From Octopus vulgaris (taxonomy: Eukaryota): DNA of 64,000 nt. How positions within the stretch are numbered: position 1 is the first letter of the stretch; the number at the start of each line of letters is the position of its first letter. Of this stretch, positions 40,919 through 53,990 are shown piece by piece. The notes beneath the pieces were generated by a model. The model did not search any database. It was not told where the DNA came from and was given only the letters and a program-made list of their open reading frames with translations. The position numbers and the translations under genes were made by a program. The stretch spans positions 74,276,001-74,340,000 of the forward strand of contig OX597830.1 in assembly GCA_951406725.2 (NCBI GenBank). Reading direction: 5' to 3'.

Positions 40919-40921
<3 letters not shown>
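40173..40921. mobile_element. Tail-to-tail pair of family A SINEs (+ 40173-40585, - 40597-40921)
   Basis: AGGCGTAGGTGTAGCTGTGTG..AAGAGTAAAGAG is followed by CTCTTTTACTTGTTTCAG..GGGACTGAACCCGGAACC. Confidence 0.88.
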
Positions 40922-40958
<37 letters not shown>

Positions 40959-41505
40959 GGGTTTCCTTCAGTTGCCATCCACCAAGTTCCGTCACAACAC
41001 ACAAACTCATTTTAATATATATAGCTTAGGGATGTCAACATCAATAAACTGGACGGGAAGCACATTATTGTGATTTCATTTACATAGATCCTAATAGCTT
41101 GGTACTCTTCGGTGAATATGATGATCATATCGGATGTGTTATGTGTTGATGGTTGTCATGATGTCTATGCTGGTGATGGTGCTGTAGAGATGCAAGTAAC
41201 GCTGGTGTTGTTAGCCGTGGTTTCTTTGGCTATAGTGGCTGAGTTGGCGGCGTTAGCGTGGCTGGTTGGAGGTCTCACTTAATTTGTTTATCGGTGGCAG
41301 CACTGTTTGTACGTGCTACGAAAGCACACAGCAGACAGGAATTAGTAAGAAGCGAGCGCTGCTGTAATTTTAATGGATGCGTTAGTGCGGCGGATTAGAA
41401 TCTGCTTAAAGAGAATGAGAGAATTATTTGGAGAGGGAGAGAGACAAAGACAAAAGGGTTGCGAATACGGTTTAGATTTAACGAGAGGAATAGAAAAAGA
41501 GGATG

Positions 41506-41660
41506 AAGAAGAAGGAGAAGAAGAAGAAGAAGAAGAAGAAGAAGAAGAAGAAGAAGAAGAAGAAGAAGAAGAAGAAGGAGGAGGAGGAGAAGAAGAAGAA
41601 GAAGAGGAGGAAAAGGAAGAAGTAGAGGAGAAGAAGAAGGAGAGGAGGAAAAGGAAGAAG
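41506..41660. repeat. (GAA)n/(GGA)n polypurine tract
   Basis: Directly visible; source of the poly-E and poly-S ORFs. Confidence 0.95.
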
Positions 41661-41947
41661 TAGACATAGAAAAAGAATAGGGCGAGGAAGTAAAAGTGGA
41701 AGTAGATGGGGAGAGAAGGAGAGGAGAAGGGGAGAGTGAGGAAGAGGGCCAAAGAAGAGGAGGAGAGGAATTAGAAAGAGGAAGACGGAGGAAGAGTTGT
41801 ATAGCAGTGCAGAGAGAGAGAGAGTGAGAGAGAGAGAGAGTGGGAAGGAGAGAGTAAGGGTCGTGATAGGTAGTAAGAAGCATGGTGACAAATGCTCTTG
41901 TCCAGGCAAATAGAGAAAGTCTGACATATACATACACGCATAAAAAA

Positions 41948-42177
41948 GCGGCGAGCTGGTAGAGACGTTAGCGCGCCGGGCGAAATGCTGAGCGGTATTT
42001 TTTCTGCCGTTACGTTGTGAGTTCAAATTCCGCCGAGGTAGACTTTGCCTTTCATCCTTTCGGGGTCGATAAATTAAGAACCATTTACGCACTGGGGTCG
42101 ATCTAATCGACTTAATTCCTTTGTCTATCCTTGTTTGTCCACTCTGTGTTTAGCTCCTTGTGGGCAATAAAGAAATA
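41948..42177 (+). mobile_element. SINE family B monomer with TSD
   Basis: Family B head and body. Direct repeat ACATACACGCATAAA at about 41930 and 42181. Confidence 0.88.
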
Positions 42178-42275
42178 TACACATACACGCATAAATATAG
42201 CGAAGCATATGCTAACATACGCACCCACCCACTCGCACGTGCTGACATAAGAGATCGCAGGTAGATATCTGTCTA

Positions 42276-42385
<110 letters not shown>

Positions 42386-42578
42386 GAGACAGACAGACCG
42401 ACAGATCGATGGATAGATAGATATATAGATATGCATGTAAGTATATATACATATATATATATATATTTATTTATATGTATATAAGCATACACACATAAAT
42501 TCACATATTTATAAATACATTTATATATTTATATATAAATATCTATTTAACTTACTATATACCTCGCCATAAAACAAA

Positions 42579-42626
<48 letters not shown>

Positions 42627-42807
42627 TTATATTTCTTCTACTTTTTAAAAAGGTATATTATATTATATTATACTTTAAAATATATCTGTATATCCATCAT
42701 TCGATATATTATTCCCTGGATGCGTAGATGTAAAACATTTAACCAGTATCATCTGTAGCGCCACATTTACGTACATATAAATACAGCACATATACAAACA
42801 CACAGAA

Positions 42808-42866
<59 letters not shown>

Positions 42867-43392
42867 TGCACACACACAGACATGCACACACACACAATAC
42901 AATACAATACATCACTGGGTTTCTCTACCTGAAAATTTCGTTTATTAGATTCACTAAGTAGACAGGAATGGGTTCATGATAGATATATTTGTTAACTTTA
43001 CGTTCTTAATTATTGGAAACGGCTATGTTGATTGATTCAGTGATTAGATTGACTAATTGATATCTTATCCGTAACTTACTTTCTTTAACTTTTGTTTCTT
43101 CAAACAGTTAGCTCAATATTGATCTTTCAGAGTTGTCCGTTCTTTCCACTTGAGGTCATCACACGTGCTCGAGATTGATACATCAATATAGTGGTACTCG
43201 CGTTATAAATTGTTTTTGAAAGTTGTTTAACTTTATGGGAACATGCACGCAAGCACACGTGCGCAGATGAAAGCTATGCGCATTGAAGAAAACAAACATA
43301 TAAACACAAAACTAAATACAAAGGAAAGCAAGCACAAAGGTATATCTATGTCTATATGTATGGCGCGTGAGTGCGTCTATACATTTTATGAA

Positions 43393-43705
43393 GATGCGTG
43401 GCTTAGTCGCTGTGGTGTTCAGTTCAAGCTCGTCAGGTTGTGGGTTCGATAGCTCATGGCGTGTCGTGTCCTTGAGCAAGGTCATTTTGGTCCAGTCTAG
43501 TCAGATAGCATAAATGAGTTTTGCCTGTATCTTAAAATGGAGGCATTGTCACATTCTGTACAACGCCGAATTTCCTTTCATAATTACCTAAAAGGTACGC
43601 AAAGAGTGCGGATGGGTCAGACACTTGCACGTTAATTTTATGAGTAGGCTCTTCCGTTAATGGGATTAAGTGGAACCCTCGTCATCATACCCGGCGGAGT
43701 GGCGG
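43393..43705 (+). mobile_element. Degenerate tRNA-derived CORE-like SINE
   Basis: GCGTGGCTTAGT..GGTTCGAT..GTGTCCTTGAGCAAGG. Confidence 0.6.
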
Positions 43706-43735
43706 TATATGCATATGTGTATGTATGTGTGTATG

Positions 43736-43769
<34 letters not shown>

Positions 43770-43849
43770 TGTATGTATGTATGTATGTATGTATGTATGT
43801 ATGTATGCAGGGATGGGTGTATGAGTGTATGTATGTACTTGCATACGCA

Positions 43850-43907
<58 letters not shown>

Positions 43908-44299
43908 TACATTTTCAGAGAGAGGAGGAGAAGGAGAGAGAGATAGGGAGAGCGAGAGAGAGAGAGAGAGAGAAAGAAAGAGACAGCCTGTTCAAAATCC
44001 TTGACAAAAAATAAATAAATGCTACTTTAGTTATAACTGAAGGAATGGTACGGTCATTGGTAAGAGCCAAGTAGAAAAGAGAAAAAGAAGTTACAATAAG
44101 GTGAAGAGAAGAAAGGAAAGAATAGATAGAATGTCAGAAGGGGTCATTTAATAGGAGGTGAATAGGATGACCGGAATTTTCGGAAAGGACATTAATGTTT
44201 GAAATCAGGTTAACACATTTAAACATATTTGCATTGTTTTTTGGTTAGATATTCTCCAAATGTTATTCTTTTATTTATGGGTAACGCCTAATTTTTATT

Positions 44300-44803
44300 T
44301 CTTTACTCTTTTACTTGTTTCAATCATTTTGACCGCGGCCTTGCTGGAGCACGGCCTTTTAGTCAAGCAAATCGATTGCGTGACTTATACTCTGTAATCC
44401 TAGTACTTATTCGATTGGCCACTTTTGCCGAAACGCTAATGTTACAGAGACGTAAGCATAGCACCATCGGTTGTCAGGCGTTGTTGTGGGGAGAAACAGA
44501 CACACAAACATATACATATACACACACACACACACAAACACACACATACATGTATATATATAACGGGCTTTTTCAGTTACCGTCTACCAAATCCACTCAC
44601 AAGCCTTTAGTCGGCCCGAGGCTATAGTAGACACTGGTCCAAGGTACCAAGTAGTGGGACTGAACACGCAGTGGGACCGAACCGCAGTGGGACTGAACCC
44701 ACATAGTGGGACTGAACCCACATAGTGGGACTGAACCCACATAGTGGGACTGAACCATGAGGCTGGCAAGCAAGCTATTTACCACAGCGCCACTCCTGCA
44801 CCT
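44300..44803 (-). mobile_element. SINE family A with internal B-box amplification
   Basis: Family A body with six copies of AGTGGGAC(T/C)GAAC at 44653-44756. Confidence 0.85.
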
Positions 44804-45234
44804 ATGTTGAATTATGATATGAGCTATTTACACACGTGGTCAACTTAAGTCTTTAATATTTTGTCATTGGTTCTATGAAGCAGAGTAAGGGAATTGTTAA
44901 AGAAAATGAATGAAATATCAATAATAATCATATTGTGATGTAGAGGTCGGAAAAGCTCTGCTTAGCTAGGGTATAAAATACAGATGGATTGAGAGGTCAC
45001 AGTCAGCTTGAGTTGTTTAAAGTCACGTAACATAGGAGGTCTGGATATAATTTCAAATTAGACCCATTAAAGGAGTTTTAAAATTTAAACCATTAAATAG
45101 ATTACGTGTCAAAATTTGAGCTAAAGTTATGGCAAATTTCAGCAAAAGCATTAAAACAAACTAAAGACTTATAGACTTAACATAATTTTACGAAATGAGA
45201 TGTAATACTAAAGCAACAACAACAACAACACTAA

Positions 45235-45307
<73 letters not shown>

Positions 45308-45577
45308 TTAATAATAATAATAATATCAATATTAATAATAAGAATAAGAAGAATAAGTAGAAGAATCATAGTAATAATAATAATAAAAATAATAATAGTA
45401 ATAATGACAACAGCAATAACAACAACAACTAAAACAACAAAACAAAATTAGCATTAATGTTCTTAGGCCGTACAGATTTATGTAATGAACCCTGGAAGTA
45501 GCCGAATTAAATAGTAGTAAAGGAAAAATATCTAATGAATATTATTGAAACATTGCCCTATATACATATACATATAC

Positions 45578-45661
<84 letters not shown>

Positions 45662-45702
45662 TCTAGGACATTTACCCGCCCCCATGGGCGATAATCCCTC
45701 CT

Positions 45703-46054
45703 AAGCAAAAAGACACTCGGATTTCAGTTGCACGAGAGCTCCTTGGTTGTGTCGAGAACGATGAAAACTTTCGTGAAAACTTTGCGTAGGTCACTGAGCA
45801 GGTATCGCCAAGCTTTTGGTAAAATTTGACGCAGATTCATGGCTCAACTTAATCTGTCATAGTCAATCCGACGATCACACGCTGCACACGTTCATCCCAA
45901 GCACCGTCGTAAACAGCGGAATTGAGCTAGAACGTTAAAACTTAGCGTGCATTTACAACGAAGTTCAGGGCCAATTTGTGCCGAGCGGTTTCACTTTCCG
46001 TCGATTAGCTTATTTACTATAACAGCAGTCCGGATACTTATTGATCAGACCACG
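45703..46054 (-). mobile_element. Rearranged mariner fragment with terminal inverted repeat
   Basis: The minus strand starts CGTGGTCTGATCAATAAGTATCCGGACTG (mariner-type TIR), then encodes ICVKFYQKLGDTCSVTYAK. The abutting plus-strand piece encodes QKDTRISVARELLGCVENDENF. Confidence 0.7.
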
Positions 46055-46577
46055 CGTGTATATATGTGTGTGTGTGTGTGTGTGCATATGTGTGTGTATA
46101 TATATATATATGTGTATGTATGTATGTATATATATATATATATGTATGTATGTATGTATATATGTATGTGTGTATGTATATAAGTATATGTATGGATCGA
46201 TTTGTTCGACTAAAATCTACCGCTGTTTTATGGCTGAAACAAATAAAAGATAAAGGATATACACAATTAGATAGATCGATAGATAGGGTATATAGAGAGA
46301 TATATTGACATATATATATAAACAAAGTATGGCGGTTTACTTCACAGGTGATCTAAACGATTAGGTACGCAAGATTGTACCTAAAGACTGACACTCATGG
46401 ATATACGCAGGATTACACTAACGATTCATGCTTTGGTTTCTTGGGATATTTGAACTATGAACTTATATGCCTCTTTCTTCTCTCTTTCCATTTCCTTATT
46501 CCTTTACTCTCTTCCGCTATCTTATCATCTTATTCATATATACCGTTCTCATTTTCCATATTTTTTTACCCCAATTT

Positions 46578-46633
46578 GTATCTGATGAGAGAATATCCCA
46601 TACTCGAGGTTATCTCAGAAATAGCTGTGTGAT
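46578..46633 (+). ncRNA. Decayed hammerhead ribozyme, family related to 8680-9261
   Basis: CTGATGA-GAGAATA..TTATCTCA-GAAA-TAGCTG-TG, with the cleavage triplet mutated. Upstream TTCAC(A/T)GGTGATCTAA..TAGGTACGC is shared with about 8684-8713. Confidence 0.5.
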
Positions 46634-46812
46634 TTTGAATTTCATCCTGTAATAATATTGCATATGACTTGAGATGTTTACCTTGCCTTAATGTTTCACT
46701 TTCTGTTTAAAAATTATATATATAGGGAAAATTCACAAAAAAACTAAAGGCTAAGACAGGTGGTGTAGACAACAAACAGATGTATTAGTATAATGCTCGG
46801 AAAGTGAAAAAG

Positions 46813-46850
46813 TCTTTAACGTTTCGAGCCTACGCTCTTCCACAGAAAGG
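46813..46850 (-). ncRNA. Ultra-minimal HHR-like motif with CUGUGGA core (family D, element about 46720-46925)
   Basis: Minus strand: CCTTT-CTGTGGA-A-GAGC(GTAG)GCTC-GAAA-CG-TT^AAAGA. Confidence 0.55.
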
Positions 46851-46923
46851 AGCACAAAGAAACAAGGATAGAAAATAAGGAATGTGTAGTGGCTAGCGAT
46901 TTATCATGGCAAATGCCAGACAG

Positions 46924-46958
<35 letters not shown>

Positions 46959-47427
46959 TAAGTATTTGCAAAGCGGGCTTCTAGTCTACACACCGATGGT
47001 GAAACTAATGTACGCGTATACAAAGCATACAATACAAGATAGACTTCCTGTGGCTCTGATTAGTTCAAGTGTACACACAGTGGTTCTCTCAGAAAAGTAG
47101 CAAATCTTAGGGATGCAATGACCAATTGTAAATATCAGCTAGTGTGCAAGAATATACTCTAACAAAAGAATAATCATACTGCTATTAAAAATATTGCAAT
47201 ATTATAGAATTTGCAGTGTCACGAGAATTGCGATGCAATGTTTGTAACTTCGGTTAAACAATACTAATTTTCTTCCATCTGACAAATACGTTTTTATCTT
47301 GATTAGGTATTCTCACAGGGGTTTACAATTCTTTTTTTCTTATAATTCATTCATATAAATATTGTAATTTACTGTAAATGAATATATATATATATACTTT
47401 CAGACACAAATGTATGATGGTATGATG

Positions 47428-47465
<38 letters not shown>

Positions 47466-47707
47466 CAATAAATAAAATATATGCATACATATATGTACGT
47501 ACCTACATCTACATGTATATATACATGCATATATAAATAAATATATATACGTGAGTACAGGACACCACATATATACATACATATATGTATACATAAATGT
47601 ATATATGCATATATACACATCTATATATATACGTATATATATGTATATATATTTATATATATATATATGTATACATATGTATATATATATATATATGTAT
47701 ATCAATG

Positions 47708-47774
<67 letters not shown>

Positions 47775-47777
47775 GTG

Positions 47778-47809
<32 letters not shown>

Positions 47810-48458
47810 CATATACATATACATACGCACATGCACACACATATATTTACACACAAACGCACACACATATATACATAGATACACACATATTTATATACAT
47901 ATATGTGTACACTTATACATATATAAATACATAAACACCTGCTTATATATAGGTAATCACGTGTATATATATGTATCTATTGTGTTTGCCAATTTATTTA
48001 TTTCGTGACATATTCGCATCCTTTACCCTCATAAATTGTCTTTCACTGTATCTTTTATTGTTACTGTACTAATCTCATTTTTTCTACCCATGCTCGTCTA
48101 ACAATTCTGATCGTTTATAGTACAGCAAATTGAATAGCAATATCGGAAGGTATCGAAATTGTAATGACATTTGGTTCTCAGGTGAGAAGTGATGGTGCTT
48201 TACCATGTCTGTCCCGTATGTTTGTTTTTGTTTTATTTTGTAAATTTCTGTCGTCTCCCTGTGTCACGTTTCCTTCATAATAATATTAATAATTATAATG
48301 AAAACAATAATAATAATAATAATAATAATAATAATCAAGGTTTCAAATTATGCCACAAGGACAGCCATTTTGGTGTGTGAGTGTTAGCACACACACGAAG
48401 ACCACCGTGCGCGCACTTCCTTATATACTTAAATATTATTATGTTATATTTGAATGAA

Positions 48459-48857
48459 GGCAATGAGCTGGCAGAATCGTTAGCACGCCAGAAGAAATGC
48501 TTAATGGTATTTCGTCTGCCGTTACGTTCTGAGTTCAATTTCCGCCGCAGTCGACTTTGCCTTACATCCTTTCGGGGTTGATAAGTTAAGTACCAGTCAC
48601 GCACTGGGGTCGATGCAATCGACTTAATCCCTTTGTCTGTCCTTGTTTGTCCCCTCTATGTTTAGTTCCTTGTGAGTAGTAAAGAAATAGGTATTTCGTC
48701 TGTCAATACGTTCTGAGTTTAAATTCTGCTGAGATCGACTTTACCTCTCATCCTTACGGGGTCGATGAAATAAGTACCGGTCAAGTGCTGGTGTCGATGT
48801 AATTAACATATCCGTTCCCTTAAATTTGAAGCCTTACGTTTGTAGTAGAAAGGATTA
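48459..48857 (+). mobile_element. SINE family B, dimeric
   Basis: Family B head plus two central domains. Confidence 0.85.
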
Positions 48858-48880
48858 AATTATATTTTTATGTAATATCG

Positions 48881-49470
48881 GTTTCAAATTTTGGCACAAG
48901 GCCAGGAAGCCCGAGTGGAGGGAGAAAGTCGATGACATCGACCCCAATTCCGAGCTAGTACTTACTTTATTGTTTCCCGAAAGATTGAAAAACAAAGTCG
49001 ACCTCAACGGCATTTGAAGTCAGAATGCAAAGACAAACGTAAAGCCTCTTGCCCAGCTTGTTAATGATTCTTTTCTACTTTAGGCGCAAGGACCGAAATT
49101 ATTGAGGAGGGAGGGGGGGCAGTCAGTTAGATCGACCCCAGTATGCAACTGGTACTTAACTTGTCGACCCTGAAAGGTTGAAAGGCAAAGTCGACCTCGG
49201 CGGAATTTCCACTCATAACATAAAGACAGACGAAATAACTATTTCTTTACTGCCTACAAGGGGCTATACACAGAGAGGACAAACAAGAACAGACCAACGG
49301 ATTATGTCGATTATATCGACTCCAGTGCGTAAATGGTACTTATTTATCGACCCCGAAAGGATGAAAGGTAAAGTCGACCTCGGCGGAATTTGAACTCAGA
49401 ACGTAGCGGCAGACGAAATACCGCTAAGCATTTCGCCCGCCGTGCTTAACGACTCTGCCAGCTCGCTGCC
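48881..49470 (-). mobile_element. SINE family B, multimeric, inverted relative to its neighbour
   Basis: Three AAAGTCGACCTC units; head CTGCCAGCTCGCTGCC at 49455-49470. Confidence 0.85.
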
Positions 49471-49518
49471 TTATATTTGAATGTAATATTTGACAGAGGG
49501 CATCATGTGATATCAGAC

Positions 49519-49653
<135 letters not shown>

Positions 49654-50287
49654 CAGATGCATTGACAGATTGATAGGTAGACATCCAGAGTAACAGAGAA
49701 GCAGGTAAATAGCTACGCAAAAACGGATGACACAGCGCTTCTCTAACTAGAAATAATTCATCTCCAGTCAAAATGAAAAGCTAAAATATCGCCAATTTTA
49801 TAAGTCAAACTTTAGCTTTTACGTTTGCTTTCTTTAACAATGTTCAGAACAGCTGAAATGAGATATTTTAACTACATCTTAGCCGTTAACTCGTTTACTT
49901 GGAATATTTCCTTTTCTATAAAGTGGAAACACACAGCGGATATCAAATGTCGATAGAGCGCAGTGAATGGCGGATGTTGGCAGAGGCTGTGTACTAAAGT
50001 GTTGTCGTTCAAAGAACTGCCGTGGATTAATCAACTGTGAAATCACCTAACGTTTTATATGTGTGTATATTTGTATGTGTGTGTATGCGAATGTGTATTT
50101 ACAGGTGTACGTATGTATGTGTGTGTGTGCGGTGGGGTTGGAGTTGCGGGTAGGGGTGTGTAGCAGGTGTGTACACATGTTGGTGTGCACAAATGCTTAT
50201 GTACTATCAGCTAATGTTGCGAATGACTGTTGTTGTTGTTGTTGTTGTTGTTGTGGTAGTGGTGGTTATTACTATGCGCTGTGTTGG

Positions 50288-50354
<67 letters not shown>

Positions 50355-50545
50355 ACTACTATTACTGCTGCTACTACTACTACTACCACTACTACTACCA
50401 CCACCACCACTACCAACAACAACAACAACAACAACAACACCACAACCACCACCACCACTACTACTATTACTACTACTATTAATACCAAAAGTAGTATATT
50501 TAATAATAATAATAATAATAATAATGATAATAATAATAATAATAA

Positions 50546-50741
50546 TTCTTTCAAATTTGCTTCCATTTCTTGCCGTGTGTCTTCCCGACTCCTAGGGGAA
50601 AGAAACTCATAGTATACATTGGTAGGCCATTAAACCGAACTATTGAGTTTGGTTTAATGGCCTACCAATGTATACTATGAGTTTCTTTGCCCTAGGAGTC
50701 GGGAAGACACTCGGCAAGAAATGGAAGCAAATTTGAAAGAA
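50546..50741. repeat. Near-perfect palindrome (96-bp arms, 4-nt loop)
   Basis: TTCTTTCAAATTTGCTTCC...AAACCGAACT-ATTG-AGTTTGGTTT...GGAAGCAAATTTGAAAGAA, with 3 non-Watson-Crick positions. Confidence 0.95.
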
Positions 50742-51054
50742 GAAAATAAAAGTAATAATGATAATAATAATAATTGCCCTGGTGCAAGTGGCTTACATGC
50801 CTTCTGATCTTAACTGATTGGGAGTGTTATCATGTACATTGTTTTGTTTTGGTATAAAAGATCGGCTACAGCAAATATATTGCTCAATACCACAGATTTG
50901 CTAGTCAGTTGTTTGACCTTAACAAGTTGAGCATGTCCCTTAGTGGCTGACGATATGTGCATCTCTGATCACGAGCAGAAGTAGTTGGGGAGCATCATAG
51001 CTATGTGTTGAAAGGAATTCTTAGAGGTTTGGATAATTCACACATGGAAACATG

Positions 51055-51400
51055 GTCACCCACTGATTTGACCCAGGAATTACAATTCTTCCCGGGCCAG
51101 TGTATCCAGTCTGCATGTCGTTTACCTTTGTGTGCCGGTAGCGCAGGGCCTAGAACTTGCCTGCATTAAACTGCATGTTGTTGTCCTCAGCCCACCTGTA
51201 TATTGTATCCAACTCCTGTTGCAGATTGCAATATTTCTAGGGTTTTGTACTGTGTGGGAGACTTTTGTGTCATCCTCATAGCTAGCAAGGGTGGCCATCT
51301 TAGCAACTGAGGGCATGTCTGAAAGGGCCACTATGAACACCAGTGGCCCCAGGACAGTGCCCTGTGGAACACCAATTGTTATTTGTGTTTCCTTCGAGGT
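51055..51400 (-). mobile_element. LINE RT core fragment (same family as 30213-31030)
   Basis: Minus strand: GVPQGTVLGPLVFIVALSDMP..ASYEDDTK (RT domains 4-5, with YADD changed to YEDD). Confidence 0.88.
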
Positions 51401-52595
51401 GTTAGAGCGTGTATCTGTATATATTGTATTGAGTTATTAGTTAGAAAGCATCTGCTGAAATTTGACTGAAATTTACCAATGAAGCGACGAAGATATAAAA
51501 TATCTAAGTATATATATATATTATTTATTTTTTTTTACTTCGTTATATGTAGTTTGCACCTGAAGAATATGTTTCCGTATTCTTAACACATGAGGCTCAG
51601 TAGCGCTTTAATACATGTATTGTGACCTTTAAATAAATAATATTTATCCCTCAGCTTTTTTTGTTTTGTTGAATTTTCTATCACGGAACAATACATTATG
51701 TATGTATGTATGTATGTATGTATGTATGTATGTATGTATGTATGTATGTATGTATGTATATATGTATGTATGTATGTATGTATGCATGCATGCATGTATG
51801 TATGTATATATGTATGTGTATATATATTTGCAAATACGTATATCTATACATGTGTATAAATAAACGTGTTTGAATATATTTAAGTGTGTCTGTGTATCTG
51901 CGTGCGTGCCATGAAAGACAGCTACAGAGTTTCTGCTAGAGATTTCCTGTTCTCTTTAGTGATTCCGATAGAAATATATGTGGTCGTTAAGCAGGTATCT
52001 CAATGATGAATTGAACATAACGTTAAACGTCTTTCCATAGGTGTTAAAGAAACAATAAGCTTCTAAACCACCGTATCCCAGAGGTGTGAGGAGTTGAGAA
52101 TGATTCCTACCTATCACGTCATTTCAACGCCATTAGATGCCAAAAACCGGTTCGTGTATTTCAAAAGAATTTCAATCACTATTCGGCCAAAACTCCGATA
52201 CCAACCTGGTTTTTAAAAACAGTCAGTTTGGCAATATCTTTTTCAGACTGTACGTCTGATCAACTGTCACCTTTTCGATCTTTCTCATACACTCTCTTTA
52301 CCGTTATACGCACATGCCCACATACATACCCATGCATACATTTATATATAAATGAATATATGTGTGTGTTTGTGTGTATGTGTGTGTGCGCGCGTTCGTA
52401 TGCATATATATCTTCATGTATATACTTACATACTCTAATTAATTATGCTCTAGTTCTAACTAATTCCTCTCTACACATTGATCTCCGCCATTTACCTAAT
52501 TTTTAACATTCCTTCTTTATCTCTCTTTCCCGCTCTTTCTTTCATTCCTTATCTCTCTCTAATTCACTTTCTTAATCTGTTTATCTATCTATCTT

Positions 52596-52681
<86 letters not shown>

Positions 52682-52753
52682 AATCTATCAATCTATCTAT
52701 CTATCTATCTAGCTAGCTAGCTATCTATCTATCTACCTATCTATTTATCTATC

Positions 52754-52784
<31 letters not shown>

Positions 52785-53576
52785 CTCCAGCTATCTATCT
52801 ATCTATCTATCTCCAGCTATCTATCTATCTATCTATCTATCTATATATGTGTGTGTGCGTGCGCGCATAGGTGCAGTTGGTCTCCTAGTCTGTCACCCTC
52901 TTCACACACACCTATGAAAATATATTACCTATTTATATACACACACATATATATATATACAAGCATACAGGCTCATACACACGCGCACACACACACAAGC
53001 GGTTTATGTATTTATTATTTATTTCGCCGTACCGTACTTGCTCTCTTTTTCTCGCGGAGACTGTTTACTCAACATGATCGATTGAGCCGAGTTTCGTGTA
53101 AATGTTTCTCTTAACACTAAACGTGTTGCGATACGAGAAAACTGTCAGTAGTCTAGTTTAAATGTTTCTGCAAATAAATAGCTCTTCTATGTCTATTCGT
53201 TGATCTATTTCGTCTTCATTTAAGTTAGAAATGAAGACTTATTGCTGGTACTACATTTGGTTCTTTTTAGGTCCCATTTCGATTTGTGTGTGTGTGTGTT
53301 GTTTTGTACAGGTTTAATCGAAAGTTTAAAATAAACTCCCTCGAACCCCGTCTGAGGTTCTGAAGCTGGCGTATGGAGTAATGCAATGTTTTTCCTCGGA
53401 CGAGAAAGTTTCCTGATGTGTTTATTCAATTAAGTTAATCCAAGCTCCAAATTATAGCTTTGGTGTCAAATATAGCGACCTATTAAATCAACTAATCTCT
53501 ATATGACTGTTTAATCAGCAAAATATATGATTATGTTAGGCTACCATTAAATTTATTTGCAAATTTGACCAATCAA

Positions 53577-53990
53577 GGCGCAGGAGTGGCTGTGTGGTAA
53601 GTAGCTTGCTTACCAACAACATGGTACCGGGTTCATTCCCACTGCGTGGCACCATGGGCACGTGTCTTCTACTAAGGCCTCGGGCCGACCAAAAACTTGT
53701 GAGTGGATTTGGTAGATGGAAACTGGAAGAAGCCCGTCGTATATATGTATATATGTGTATGTTTGTATATGCTTGTGTATCTGTGTTTGTACCCCCCTTC
53801 CACCATTGCTTGACAACCGATGGTGGTGTGCTTACGTCCCCGTAACTTAACAGTTCAGCAAAAGAGACTGATAGAATAAGTACTAGGCTTACAAAGAATA
53901 AGTCCTGGAGTCGATTTACTCGACTAAAAGCGGTGCTCCAGCAGGGCCGCGGTCAAATGACTGAAACAAGTAAAAGAGCAAAAGAGTAAA
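53577..53990 (+). mobile_element. SINE family A, full length
   Basis: AGGCGCAGGAGTGGCTGTGTGG..GGTTCATTCCC..GACTGAAACAAGTAAAAGAG. Confidence 0.9.

Noticed and set aside
44653-44756. CRISPR-like array
   Set aside because: There are no unique spacers, the repeat is a SINE internal segment, and the context is eukaryotic.
50780-51055. Complex segment that might be coding or TE-derived
   Set aside because: No recognisable motif in the frames tried; it cannot be classified without a search.
51556-51600. CTGAAGA followed by a small hairpin
   Set aside because: No downstream GAAA or cleavage triplet with helix I.
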